Counted from the first letter of the stretch, positions 15,970-25,881 are shown. The stretch: 37,031 bases of DNA from Candidatus Dormiibacterota bacterium (GCA_003132525.1 PKXZ01000098.1:38679-75709), one strand, 5' to 3'. The notes: a model not told the origin generated them from the sequence alone. Translations and numbers: made by a program.

Positions 15970-16093
15970 GTGGGGAGGGCATGAACGGAGGAGGGCCGTC
16001 TCGGAGCCCGGGCTACCCCCTCGGGCGAGAGCGAGGGGCGGAACGGCGAAGGCGTTCCGACCCCGTGCCCACCGCAGTTCATGCCCTCCCCAC
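15970..16093. repeat. 124-bp structured intergenic element bounded by a perfect 17-bp inverted repeat
   Basis: GTGGGGAGGGCATGAAC (15970-15986) and GTTCATGCCCTCCCCAC (16077-16093). Internal hairpins CCCCTCG...CGAGGGG and CGGAACG...CGTTCCG. Confidence 0.8.
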
Positions 16094-16118
16094 GGGCACT
16101 GGCGAGGAGCGCGCGAAG

Positions 16119-19100
16119 CTAGATCTTGCGGGCGCTCCGCCGGCGGCGGCGGCGCGATGCCTCCGCTGCGATCCCCGTGCCCAGGATGATCATTGCGGCG
16201 CCGAGCATCGTGCGTGGCCCCGAAGGACCGGCACCGGTATCGGGAGTTGTCACTCCCTCGACCACTGAGAGAACACCGAGGGTGCCGCTCCCGATAGCGC
16301 TGGATCCGTTGTAGTCGACGTCACCGGAGTACGTTGCCTTCACCGGGTACGCGCCCGGGGGAAGGGTGACCGTCGTGCTGCAGCTGGTTGCAGGGAGCGT
16401 CGCGGTGCAGAGCACGGTGCCGCCGGAGCTGAAGGTGATGGTCCCGGTTGCGCCAGTCGGCAGGCCAGGAGCGAACAGCGTGATCACACTCCCGCTCTGT
16501 GTCTTGTTCGGGGAGACGTTCACGGTGATCGTCGTATCCGCCTTGATGACGGTGAACGATGCGCCGCTCGCGGTCGCCACGTTGTAGTAGGTGTCACCGG
16601 AGTAGGCCGCGGTGACGGGGTACACACCTGGCGTGAGCGTGGCCGGCGTGTCGCAGCTCGTGGCAGAAAGTGTTGCGGTGCACAGCGCGGTGGTGCCCGA
16701 CGTGAATGTCACGGTCCCGGTTGCGCTGCCCGGCAGTCCGCCGGCGGACACGGTGTCCTTGGTGCCGTAGACGATCGTGGCGGGGGATGCCAGCTCGGTG
16801 AGCGTGATCGATACCTTCGTCACGGTGAAGCTCGCGCCGCTCGCGGTCACACCGCTGTAGTTGCTGTCACCGGAGTAGGTCGCGGCGACCGGGTAGCTGC
16901 CCGGCGCAAGCGTTGACGCGGTCAGGCAGCTTGTCGCCGGGAGTGTCGTGACGCAGAGCGTCGATCCGCCCGAGGTGAAGGTGACGGTGCCGGTCGCATC
17001 GCTGGGAAGTCCCTCGGCGGCCAGGGTGTCCTGGGAGCCGTAGACAATCGATGCGGGCGACGCGGACTCGGTCATCGATGGGTCGCCAGGCGTCACGGTG
17101 AAGCTCGCGCCGCTTGCGCTGCCACCGGTGTAGTTGTCGTCACCGGGGTAGGTCGCGACGACGGGATAGGTGCCCACCGGAAGCGTCGTCGACGTCTGGC
17201 AGCTCAGCGCTGGGAGCGTCGTGACGCAGAGCGTCGAGCCGCCCGAGGTGAAGGTCACCGCGCCGGTCACGTCGCCGGGCATGCCGGCAACAGACACGGT
17301 GTCGGTGGTGCCGTAGGGGATGCTCGCGGGCGCAGCCGCTTCGGTGAAGGGCGAATCTGCCTTGTCGACCGCGAACGACGCACCGGTTGCGACGAGGCCG
17401 TTGTAGTGGCTGTCACCGGAGTAGGTCGCGGTGACCGGGTAGGTGCCTGGCGCCAGCGTCGGCGATGTCAGGCAGCTGGCCACGGGCATCGTCGCGATGC
17501 AGAGCGTCGATCCACCGGACGTGAAGGTCACGGTCCCGGTTGCGCCGCCGGGGAGGCCGGCAACCGAGAGCGTGTCCTGGGCGCCGTACGGGATGGCTGC
17601 GGGAGCAGCGGCCTCGACCATCGACACATCCGCCCGGGTCACGGTGAAGCTCGCGCCGGTCGCGACTTCGCCGTTGTAGTTGCCGTCACCCGAGTACGTC
17701 GCGGTAACGGGGTACAGGCCTGGGTCGAGCGACGATGACGTGTTGCAGCTGGTCGCCGGCAGCGTCACGGTGCAGAGCGTCGCTCCGCCCGACGTGAAGG
17801 TCACAGTGCCGGTTGCGTTGGCGGCAAGCCCGGTCACCGACACGGTGTCGGCGGTGCCGTACGGGACGCTCGACGGTGCGGTCGATTCGCTGAACGTCGG
17901 ATCTGCCTTGGTGACGGCGAAGGTCGCACCGGTCGCGGTGGTGGCCTTGTAATCGCTGTCACCCGGGTAGGTCGCGGTCACCGGGTACGTCCCGGGCGCG
18001 AGCGTCGCTGCGGTCTGGCAGCTTGTCGCGGGCAGTGTCGCCGTGCAGAGCGTGGCGCCGCCCGAGGTGAAGGTGACGATTCCCGTTGCGCCGGCAGGCA
18101 ATCCGGTCTCTGACAGCGTGTCCTGCGACCCGTATCCGATCGATGCGGGCGATGCCGATTCGGTCATCGACGTGGTCGCCTTGGTCACGGTGAAGCTCGC
18201 GCCGCTCGCGGTGGTACCGGTGTAGTTGCTGTCACCCGAGTACGTCGCGGTGACCGGGTACGTTCCGGGGGCAAGCGTTGTGGAGGTGGGGCAGCTCGTC
18301 GCGGGCAGGGTTGCGACGCAGAGCGTGGCCCCGCCCGACTTGTAGCTGACGGTACCCGTGGCACCCGCCGGCAGACCCGACACCGAGAGGGTGTCGCTGG
18401 TTCCGTACGGGACGCTCGCCGGGGCGGCGGATTCGCTCATTGCGGTGCTTGCGAGGGTGACCGTGAATGCGGCACCGGTCGCGGTGGTGCTGCTGTAGTT
18501 CCCGTCACCCGAGTACGCCGCATTCACTGGGTACAGACCGGGCGTCAGGGTTGTCGGTGTGGCGCAGCTCAGGGCGGGGAGGGTCGCGACGCAGAGCGTC
18601 GAGCCGCCCGACGTGAAGGTGACCGTGCCCGTCGCGCCGGCGGGAAGTCCGGTCACCGAGACGCTGTCACTGGTGCCGAATGGAATGCTCGCCGGCGCGG
18701 CGCTCTCGGTCATCGAGGTGCTCGCCTTGGTGATGGTGAAGCTCGCGCCGGTCGCGGTGGCGCTGTTGTAATGCGCGTCACCGGAGTAGGTCGCGGTCAC
18801 GGGATAGGTGGCCGCTCCGAGCGTCGACGCGGTCTGGCAGCTCGTCGCCGGCAGGGTCGCGACGCACAGGGTCGATCCGCCCGACGCGAAGGTGACGGTA
18901 CCGGTGGCGCCGCCGGGCAGCCCGGAGTCGGACAGCGTGTCCGGCGAACCGTAGACGATCGATGCCGGTGCGGCGGCTTCTGTGAAGGATGGTGTCGCTT
19001 TATTGATTGTCAGGAGTGTTGTCGTCGTCTGCGGGGCGAAGTTCGTGTCACCGGAGTACGTCGCAGTCACCGTGTCCGTACCGACTGGAGCGTTGCTCGC

Positions 19101-20777
19101 GGTGCAGCTCAAGCCGGGCAGCGTGGCGGTGCAGAGCGTTGTTCCACCGATGCTGTAGGTGACCGTTCCCGTTGCGCTGGAAGGCAATGTCGACGCATAC
19201 GTCACCGTCTGCAGATACGTCTGCGGTGACGGTGTTGCACTCGCCGTGAATGATGTCACCTGCACGGGATCACTGCTCACCGCGGGGAGCGCGTCGGTCG
19301 ACGAGAGGCGCGCGCTGTTGGTGACGGTGCCACTCAATGTCGTGGACAGAGTCACTGGAATCGTGATGTTGGGCAATGAGGTGCCGGCCGCGATTGCCGA
19401 TGCCGGTGTGTAGGTGCAGGTCACGACCTGGCCGGCGGTGGTGCACGCCCAGTCAGCGCTGCTCATCGCGGTGCCCGGGGTCATGCCGGTCGGCAGCGTG
19501 TCGCTGACGGTGAGCGGCTGCGCCTCGGTCCCGCCGCTCGAGGAAACGCCCGGAGCGAGGATGAACTTGCCCTGGTTGCCTGCGAGCATCTGCCCGCTCT
19601 CATTGTCTGAGGTGGTCAGCGACAGCTCCGGCACGGCACCGACCAGGGTCGATGCGTTGATCTGGTTGACCTCGTGATACTCGTTCGAGCCACCGGTCGA
19701 GGCCGTCCAACCAAACGTGAGCTGGTAGGGGATGCCGGTCGCGGGGTTGATCCACGACGCTGGGAAGGTCGCGAGCGCGGGGTTATTGGAAGTCGTGGGC
19801 AGCGCGCCGGAAAGACTCTGCTGCGTCGTGGTCCCGAGCGGCGTGTAGGCGATGATCCATGAGTTGGCAGGAACCGTCAGCCCGCTTGCGGTGGTGGTTG
19901 CTGACGAGGACGGGTTGATCGCCATCTCGACGGGAACCATCGTGCCGGTGCGCGATGTCGCGGACTGATTGTCCAGCAGGTTGCCGGCGCCGACGTTGGT
20001 GATCGTGCCATTGGCGCTGCCACCACCGCTCGAGTTGGCGTTGATGGTGGCTGTGGTGCCGAGGATGCAGTACCCAACGTTGCCGTTGCCCGGTCCGCGC
20101 GCGGTCACCGACTCGGGATAGGCCTTGTTGGCCACGAGCGGGGACGGGATCGTGCAGCCGGTGCCACCGGCGAGGGGGGTGTTCTCGTAGTTGCCGTAGA
20201 CGTCGAGCCCGATGCCGAGGTAGCCGTAGGGCATTCCGGAGGCTCCGGGCAAGCTCTGCGTGTTGGCCGCGTAGCCGAGGTCACCGCCGAGCGGTCCTGT
20301 GCTCGTCGGCGGTGCGGGATCGGCCGGGTTGGCCGCCGCGAGGCTGAAGACGATGCCGTCGGCACCCGTTCCATTGAACTGATAGGTGTCGAGCGTGACG
20401 TCGAGACCTTCGGTGGTGGGGAGGCTCGCCTGATAGAAGACCGCGCCCACTGCGTCGCCCGCGTTGGTGGTGAGGCGGAGCGCGCCGCTGCCCGAGGTAT
20501 CAGTGGTTGGGGAGCAGTTCGGCACCGAGGTGGTCGCCGAGACGGGTCCCGCGGTCAGGCAGGCGCCGTTGGTGTTGCCGTTCCCAGCGGGGAGCACCCA
20601 CTGGCCCGCCCCGGTGGCGTTGGTGGCGAAGGTCTCACTCTCGAGAGCCGACCCGCCGGCCATCGCGACCTGCGGCAGGAGCGCGAACACAGTCGCGAAG
20701 ACCGTCGCCAGGCTCAGCGGCGTTTGAAGCCGGCGTGCCAGGGCGTGGCGGCGGGAGCGGGTCAGGTGATTTCTCAC
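16119..20777 (-). CDS. Large sortase-type surface adhesin: L-type lectin-like domain, DUF11-like domain, 11 Ig-like repeats, TPDTG-TM-Arg tail
   Basis: Signal peptide. Lectin-like motifs GALRLT, GAVFY, GADGIVF, GGDLGY, GYLGIGLDVYGN, FGWTASTGG. DUF11-like LTVSDTLPTGMT...WAC...VTC. Eleven ~90-aa repeats with TGTVTF.SGG..LC...SC...YPVTATYSGD. TPDTG at 16233-16247, then a hydrophobic helix and RRRRRR. Confidence 0.9.
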   Translation of the reverse strand: MRNHLTRSRRHALARRLQTPLSLATVFATVFALLPQVAMAGGSALESETFATNATGAGQWVLPAGNGNTNGACLTAGPVSATTSVPNCSPTTDTSGSGALRLTTNAGDAVGAVFYQASLPTTEGLDVTLDTYQFNGTGADGIVFSLAAANPADPAPPTSTGPLGGDLGYAANTQSLPGASGMPYGYLGIGLDVYGNYENTPLAGGTGCTIPSPLVANKAYPESVTARGPGNGNVGYCILGTTATINANSSGGGSANGTITNVGAGNLLDNQSATSRTGTMVPVEMAINPSSSATTTASGLTVPANSWIIAYTPLGTTTQQSLSGALPTTSNNPALATFPASWINPATGIPYQLTFGWTASTGGSNEYHEVNQINASTLVGAVPELSLTTSDNESGQMLAGNQGKFILAPGVSSSGGTEAQPLTVSDTLPTGMTPGTAMSSADWACTTAGQVVTCTYTPASAIAAGTSLPNITIPVTLSTTLSGTVTNSARLSSTDALPAVSSDPVQVTSFTASATPSPQTYLQTVTYASTLPSSATGTVTYSIGGTTLCTATLPGLSCTASNAPVGTDTVTATYSGDTNFAPQTTTTLLTINKATPSFTEAAAPASIVYGSPDTLSDSGLPGGATGTVTFASGGSTLCVATLPATSCQTASTLGAATYPVTATYSGDAHYNSATATGASFTITKASTSMTESAAPASIPFGTSDSVSVTGLPAGATGTVTFTSGGSTLCVATLPALSCATPTTLTPGLYPVNAAYSGDGNYSSTTATGAAFTVTLASTAMSESAAPASVPYGTSDTLSVSGLPAGATGTVSYKSGGATLCVATLPATSCPTSTTLAPGTYPVTATYSGDSNYTGTTASGASFTVTKATTSMTESASPASIGYGSQDTLSETGLPAGATGIVTFTSGGATLCTATLPATSCQTAATLAPGTYPVTATYPGDSDYKATTATGATFAVTKADPTFSESTAPSSVPYGTADTVSVTGLAANATGTVTFTSGGATLCTVTLPATSCNTSSSLDPGLYPVTATYSGDGNYNGEVATGASFTVTRADVSMVEAAAPAAIPYGAQDTLSVAGLPGGATGTVTFTSGGSTLCIATMPVASCLTSPTLAPGTYPVTATYSGDSHYNGLVATGASFAVDKADSPFTEAAAPASIPYGTTDTVSVAGMPGDVTGAVTFTSGGSTLCVTTLPALSCQTSTTLPVGTYPVVATYPGDDNYTGGSASGASFTVTPGDPSMTESASPASIVYGSQDTLAAEGLPSDATGTVTFTSGGSTLCVTTLPATSCLTASTLAPGSYPVAATYSGDSNYSGVTASGASFTVTKVSITLTELASPATIVYGTKDTVSAGGLPGSATGTVTFTSGTTALCTATLSATSCDTPATLTPGVYPVTAAYSGDTYYNVATASGASFTVIKADTTITVNVSPNKTQSGSVITLFAPGLPTGATGTITFSSGGTVLCTATLPATSCSTTVTLPPGAYPVKATYSGDVDYNGSSAIGSGTLGVLSVVEGVTTPDTGAGPSGPRTMLGAAMIILGTGIAAEASRRRRRRSARKI

Positions 20778-21014
20778 AAAGGATCTCTAAAATTCGGATA
20801 GACGGGAACGACACGACCGTACGGCAGGTCGTAGGTCCACCACGGCCCTGTCATAACCGGTGATCGCTTTTGTGACTTCCGGGGGAGCGGGCCGTGAGGT
20901 GAGCGCTAGATGGATGCGATCTCAACCATCTGCGGTTGCGTTCTCGTTACATCGATCTCAGCAGGCGGGGTGGCGCCACCCGGGATCTCGCCGCCGAGCC
21001 GCGCCTGACTCGTC

Positions 21015-21203
21015 CTACCGAAGCGCCGAAAGCGTCTGTCTGGAGATGGCCTCGCCAAACGCCTCGGTGATCGGGTCGGCTCGGAAGCGCGTGTCGACCG
21101 AGAGCGTCCCGATCAGTGTCCGGAACTGCCGCCGGACATGGAGCTGGTCGCGACTCCGTCGGCGAACCACATGCTCATTGCTGAAGGCCAGGCCTGGCCT
21201 CAC
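21015..21203 (-). CDS. Small hypothetical protein (62 aa) between the two adhesin genes
   Basis: Co-oriented with both adhesins; third codon positions mostly G/C in the 3' two-thirds; no recognisable motif; start uncertain. Confidence 0.4.
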   Translation of the reverse strand: MRPGLAFSNEHVVRRRSRDQLHVRRQFRTLIGTLSVDTRFRADPITEAFGEAISRQTLSALR

Positions 21204-21248
21204 TCGAGCGCGTGACCGCCGTTGTGACCGCGTGGCTCGATCGCTTGC

Positions 21249-24200
21249 CTACCGGCGGCGGCGACGTCGAGTCCAGGCGAGCAGCACCACGCCGTTGAGG
21301 ATGAGCGAGAGAGCCGCGAGCGCAGCCCACCGGCCGGAACCACCGCCCGTCTCGGGCACGGTTACCTTCGCAGCGACGACCTGCGCGTCGCTCGATGCGG
21401 CTGACGAGCTTCCGTTGTAGTTGAGATCGCCGTTGTACGTCGCGGTAATCGTGTGTGTCCCCACGCTCAGGTTGGTGGTCGCGTAGATGGCGAGGCTGTC
21501 CACAGTGCTGTCAAGAAGCGTTGTAGCTGCGACCTTACCGTCGACGAAGATGGTCACGGTGCCGGTGGGATTGCCAGTACCGGGAGCTGCGGCTTTGACG
21601 GTCACGGAGATCGTGACCAGGCCGCCCACCGTTGATGGATCCGGCCCGGATGTGACTGTCGTCAAAGTCGGATCGGGTTGCACCGCCTGGGAAAACGCCG
21701 GTGCGGCGCCGGCGATGTCATCGGAGTCGCCGCTGTACGCGGCAACGATGCTGTGCGCTCCGGTGAGGGGATACGTCACGCTGCATGTGGCCAGCCCGGA
21801 GCTCACGCTGACGGCTTCACACCCAGCGATTGCAACTTCGTTGTCCGTGAACACGATAGTCCCGATCATCGAACCCGTTGCCGGAGCGGTCCGCGACACG
21901 GTGGCAGTGTACGTCACGGTCTGCCCGACCACGGCGGGGTTCGCGGACGACGTGGTGACGGTGGTCGTAGCGGCGGCGTTCACGACCTGCGAGAGGGATG
22001 CTGAGGTGCTGGTCGCGAAGTTCACGTCGCCCGCATACACGGCCGTCAGCGCATGCGTGGATGCGGACGCAAACGTCGTGACGCAGGTCGCGATCCCGCC
22101 ACTGAGCTCCTGACTCGTGCAAGCGGTCAGTGGGCTGCCACCATCGTCGAAGCTGACGCTCCCGGTGGGCGCCCCTGTGCTCGGTGCCACCACCGAGACC
22201 GCGGCGATCAGCGTTACGGACTCACCCACGACAGATGGATTGGTCGGCGACGTGAGCACGGTGGTGGTTCCCGCGTCCGAGACGGTCAGGACAAACGCCT
22301 GAGTGCCGGCAGGACCGATGCCGTTGTCCACGGTGATCGTGAAGGGGTACGCGCCGAAGGTTCCGTCGCCCGGGGTCCCGGCGAGTGTCGCGGTGCCGGT
22401 TCCGTTGTCAACGAACGATACTCCCGCGGGGAGGTTGGCGCCTCCGTCCGAGTACGTGTCCGCGACGCCGGCTGGGAAGCCCGTCGACGTGACGGTGAAG
22501 CTGCTCGCGCGACCGAGCACGAAGGTGGCGTTGTCGGCGCTGGTGATGGTCGGAGGTTCGTCGATGGTGAGCGTGAATACCTGCGTCGCATCAGGAGCGG
22601 CTCCGTTATCCGCCGTGATCGTGAAGGTGTAGATACCCCCGGTCGTCGCGGCCGGTGACCCCGACAGGGTCGCTGTCTCGTCGCCGTTGTCGACAAAGGT
22701 CACGCCCGACGGCAGGATGGCGCCGCCATCGGAGAGTGTCATGGTGCCGGCGCCGGGGAGGCCGTTCGAGGAGACGGTGAAGGTCCCGAACGTCGCCGCC
22801 TTGAAGGTGACTGCGTTGGTCGTTGTGATCATCGGGGGCCGATCGACGGTGAGGGTGAAGGCCTGTGTTGCATCGGTTCCGACGCCGTTGGACGCGGTGA
22901 TGATGAAGGAGTAGACGCCACTGGACAGTGCGCCAGGGGTTCCGGAAAGCGTCGCGGTACCGTTGCCGTTATCCAGGAATGTCACCCCGGACGGCAACGT
23001 TGTGCCGCCGTCGTCGATCTGCATCGATGCACCGCCCGGCAGCCCTGTCGTGGTGACGCTGAACGATCCTGGGGTGTTGGTTGTGAAGATCGTGCTGTCG
23101 GCGCTCGTGATCGTGGGCGCCGCGACGACCGTGAACGGTTCGCAGAACGCGCTCGCAGCGGTGTAGTTGGCGTCGCCCGAGTAGGTGGCCAGGACTCCGT
23201 ACTGTCCCGACTCCAAGTCCTCGATGGTACCGGAAGGCGGGACGCTGCCCGATATGAGCGTTGCGACTCCGCCTGCGAGGGCTGGATCGGTGCACGTGGC
23301 GTTGGGATAGAAGTCGTACGTCACCGTACCGGTTGGTGTGAACGCGCCGACCCCTGACACTGCGGCTGTGTCAAACGCGCTGGCTGGTGTCTGCTCGGTG
23401 CCGGCCCAGGGTGTGTCCGTGCTTCCGTCCTCGACAACAGTCCCCACGGTTGGAGTGCTCTTCGCCACGGAGAACGTTTCACATGAGCCGGTCGAAGGCA
23501 GATAGTTGGGATCGCCTGAGTAGCTGCCCGCGTAGCCGTATGACCCTGCCGCGAGAGCACCCGAGCTCGCGGAGTTCGGTACCAGGCCACCGCTGAGCGT
23601 CTGGGTGTTGGAGGTCAGGGGGCTGCCGGTGCAGTTCCCGTTGGCGTAGAGCTTGTAGGTGAGAGTCCCTACCGGCGTGAAGCCGCCGACTCGCGTCACC
23701 GTGGCGGTGTCGTATGCCGCCGCGCCGACGGTCTCGGTCCCATTCCACGCATGGTTGGTCGCGCTGTTATCGACCACGGTCCCCACGCCACTCGGCGTCG
23801 CGACAATCGAGAACGGCTCGCAGAGTCCGCTCGACGCCACATAGTTGCCGTCGCCCGAGTACGCAGCCCGGTAGGAGTACGCGCCCGCACCGAGCGCACC
23901 GGTCGTGCTCGAGACAGGGACCCCACCACCGACAGCTACCGTGACGTTCTGCGTCGTGGACGGCGAACCGGTGCACGTGCCGTTCGTGAACAATGAGTAT
24001 GTGACGGTCCCGGATGGGATGAATCCGGCGACTCCGGTCAGCGTGGCCGTGTCAAACGCCGCGGACCCGGTGGCCTCGGTACCGTTCCAGGCCGATCCGA
24101 GCGCTGAGTCTTTCACCACGGTTCCCGCGGTCGCCGTGGCTTGATGCACGATGAAACTCTCGCAGCCGCCCGCGGTGGCGGCGTAGAGCGAGTCGCCGGA

Positions 24201-25667
24201 GTAGTCGGCCTCATAGCTGTCGGTGCGGGCGCCAAGCGCGGCTGTCGAAGCCGAGTTGGGGACAACTCCCCCAGCCAAGGTGACGATGGCTGTCGTCGCC
24301 GCGCCACCTGTGCACGTCGCGTCCGCAAACAACCGGTAGGTCACAGTACCTGTGGGAGTGCCCGATGATCCGGTGACCGTCGCGGTGTCGTATGCGGACG
24401 CGCCGGTGACCTCGCTCGAGTTCCAGGTGGTTGCCAGCGCGGTGTCGTCAACGACGGTCGCCACGGTAGCCGGCTGCAGCGCGACAGTCTCGACCTCGGA
24501 GCACGCGTTCGTGGACGGTTCGTTCAGGGAGTCACCGGAGTACACCGCGTCCCAGTAGTACGTGCCAAGGGCGGGGAGCGTGACGGCAGTCGAGTTGGGA
24601 ACCACCCCGTTGGTGACCGTCACCGTTCCAGCGGGAGCGACCTCAGTGGTGCACGAGCTATTCGAGTAGACGCCGTACACAACGGTCCCACCCGCTGTCG
24701 CGGTATTCGCGCCTGGCAGGGTCGCGGAGTCGGTGACTGGGGTGTTCGGCGGAACGTTGAGGCTCGTCCCGGTGGTCCCACCGCCAGAGAGCGACGTGAC
24801 CAACGTGGTCGGCGAGATCGGCTGGCCGTTGTTGACGTTGAAGATGTAGCGCCCGGGGACGGGCGCGGCCGACGGTGGCACGCTCGTCGTCGTGTTGCTG
24901 TTCAGGTCGTTGTAGATCAGGCCTGTCGTCGTGTTCGAATCGAGCGTCGCGCCCGACAGTTGCGACTGGGGCAGCTGGTAATAGTGGCCCACGATCCCCG
25001 TCCCATCGGAGTACCCGGCCGCCGCGGAATCGGCATTGGACGCATGGAGGCAGTTGGCGTCGCCGCCGGTGTACTGACCTGCATCCCAGAGCAGCGAGTC
25101 GTAGTTGAACTCGATCTGGAAGTCGTCGCCATTCGCACTCGTCCCGAGGTCGGGTCGATCGATGAGGATGACCTGGAAATTGTCCGTTTCAGCAGCGTTG
25201 TCATTGTCATAGCACTCGACTCCGGGCCAGTTCGCGACGAAGACGCGGTGTCCGTCGAGCGAACCGGTGCCGATGTTCACCGTATTGCCGTATATGGTGT
25301 ACACGTCCGAAAAATACGGAGCGATGACGGGTGTCGTCGCTCCGGGAAGGCCGTATGGTGTGTAACTTGACTGCGGACCTGTGAACGTCAGGTTGCCGTT
25401 GTTGTTGATGTACGCTCCAGGCTCATCCACACCGAAGTAGTTGATGTTGAATGCAAACGGAAACACTTGCGCAGCGTCATCACTCGGCCAACTCCCGTCG
25501 TCTGTCCGTTGCATCGCAACATCGGTGAAGTTCGTGAACGACGAGTTTGGAATCACCGCGGTGCCGGCTGCCAGCGCGCGCGCAGGAGCGACCACGAAGG
25601 TGAACGACGCGAGGACGATCCCGCAGATGGCCGCAGACACACCAAGACGACTACCGCGAGAACTCAT
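21249..25667 (-). CDS. Large sortase-type surface adhesin: nidogen-like (NIDO) domain, three kinds of Ig-like repeat, VPETG-TM-Arg tail
   Basis: Signal peptide. NIDO-like motifs TDDGS, FPFAFNINYFG, YINNNGNLTF, IAPYFSDV, NFQVILIDR, DFQIEFNY. Five DTAT/YSGD repeats, three PTITS...LP.GV.F.DNG.GTATL.GTP (He_PIG-like) repeats and three Big_3-like repeats. VPETG at 21345-21359, hydrophobic helix, RRRRR. Confidence 0.9.
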   Translation of the reverse strand: MSSRGSRLGVSAAICGIVLASFTFVVAPARALAAGTAVIPNSSFTNFTDVAMQRTDDGSWPSDDAAQVFPFAFNINYFGVDEPGAYINNNGNLTFTGPQSSYTPYGLPGATTPVIAPYFSDVYTIYGNTVNIGTGSLDGHRVFVANWPGVECYDNDNAAETDNFQVILIDRPDLGTSANGDDFQIEFNYDSLLWDAGQYTGGDANCLHASNADSAAAGYSDGTGIVGHYYQLPQSQLSGATLDSNTTTGLIYNDLNSNTTTSVPPSAAPVPGRYIFNVNNGQPISPTTLVTSLSGGGTTGTSLNVPPNTPVTDSATLPGANTATAGGTVVYGVYSNSSCTTEVAPAGTVTVTNGVVPNSTAVTLPALGTYYWDAVYSGDSLNEPSTNACSEVETVALQPATVATVVDDTALATTWNSSEVTGASAYDTATVTGSSGTPTGTVTYRLFADATCTGGAATTAIVTLAGGVVPNSASTAALGARTDSYEADYSGDSLYAATAGGCESFIVHQATATAGTVVKDSALGSAWNGTEATGSAAFDTATLTGVAGFIPSGTVTYSLFTNGTCTGSPSTTQNVTVAVGGGVPVSSTTGALGAGAYSYRAAYSGDGNYVASSGLCEPFSIVATPSGVGTVVDNSATNHAWNGTETVGAAAYDTATVTRVGGFTPVGTLTYKLYANGNCTGSPLTSNTQTLSGGLVPNSASSGALAAGSYGYAGSYSGDPNYLPSTGSCETFSVAKSTPTVGTVVEDGSTDTPWAGTEQTPASAFDTAAVSGVGAFTPTGTVTYDFYPNATCTDPALAGGVATLISGSVPPSGTIEDLESGQYGVLATYSGDANYTAASAFCEPFTVVAAPTITSADSTIFTTNTPGSFSVTTTGLPGGASMQIDDGGTTLPSGVTFLDNGNGTATLSGTPGALSSGVYSFIITASNGVGTDATQAFTLTVDRPPMITTTNAVTFKAATFGTFTVSSNGLPGAGTMTLSDGGAILPSGVTFVDNGDETATLSGSPAATTGGIYTFTITADNGAAPDATQVFTLTIDEPPTITSADNATFVLGRASSFTVTSTGFPAGVADTYSDGGANLPAGVSFVDNGTGTATLAGTPGDGTFGAYPFTITVDNGIGPAGTQAFVLTVSDAGTTTVLTSPTNPSVVGESVTLIAAVSVVAPSTGAPTGSVSFDDGGSPLTACTSQELSGGIATCVTTFASASTHALTAVYAGDVNFATSTSASLSQVVNAAATTTVTTSSANPAVVGQTVTYTATVSRTAPATGSMIGTIVFTDNEVAIAGCEAVSVSSGLATCSVTYPLTGAHSIVAAYSGDSDDIAGAAPAFSQAVQPDPTLTTVTSGPDPSTVGGLVTISVTVKAAAPGTGNPTGTVTIFVDGKVAATTLLDSTVDSLAIYATTNLSVGTHTITATYNGDLNYNGSSSAASSDAQVVAAKVTVPETGGGSGRWAALAALSLILNGVVLLAWTRRRRRR

Positions 25668-25826
25668 CGGTCGGGGTTTCCCTTACTGAAATCTCGCCGA
25701 CCATGAGTGGCCTACCAGAGATCCAGAGCATGGCAGCCGGCACTCGGCCGCCCATGGCAATCCCGTGACGGTCTCCCACCGGGGGCGAACGTCTGAGCGG
25801 GGAAAGACCGGCCGCAGGCGCCGATG

Positions 25827-25881
25827 TCCGTGGCATCACGGATTCATCGCGCTCCCCTTAACTCCGTGCGTCCACGGATTC
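25827..25881. promoter_or_regulatory. Two tandem palindromic boxes TCCGTG-N4-CACGGA(TTC)
   Basis: TCCGTGGCATCACGGATTC (25827-25845) and TCCGTGCGTCCACGGATTC (25863-25881), starts 36 bp apart, between divergent genes. Confidence 0.6.

Noticed and set aside
16290-19260. ~270-bp DNA repeats as mobile or diversity-generating cassettes
   Set aside because: Fully explained by diverged in-frame Ig-like domain repeats; no reverse transcriptase, recombinase or template repeat is visible.
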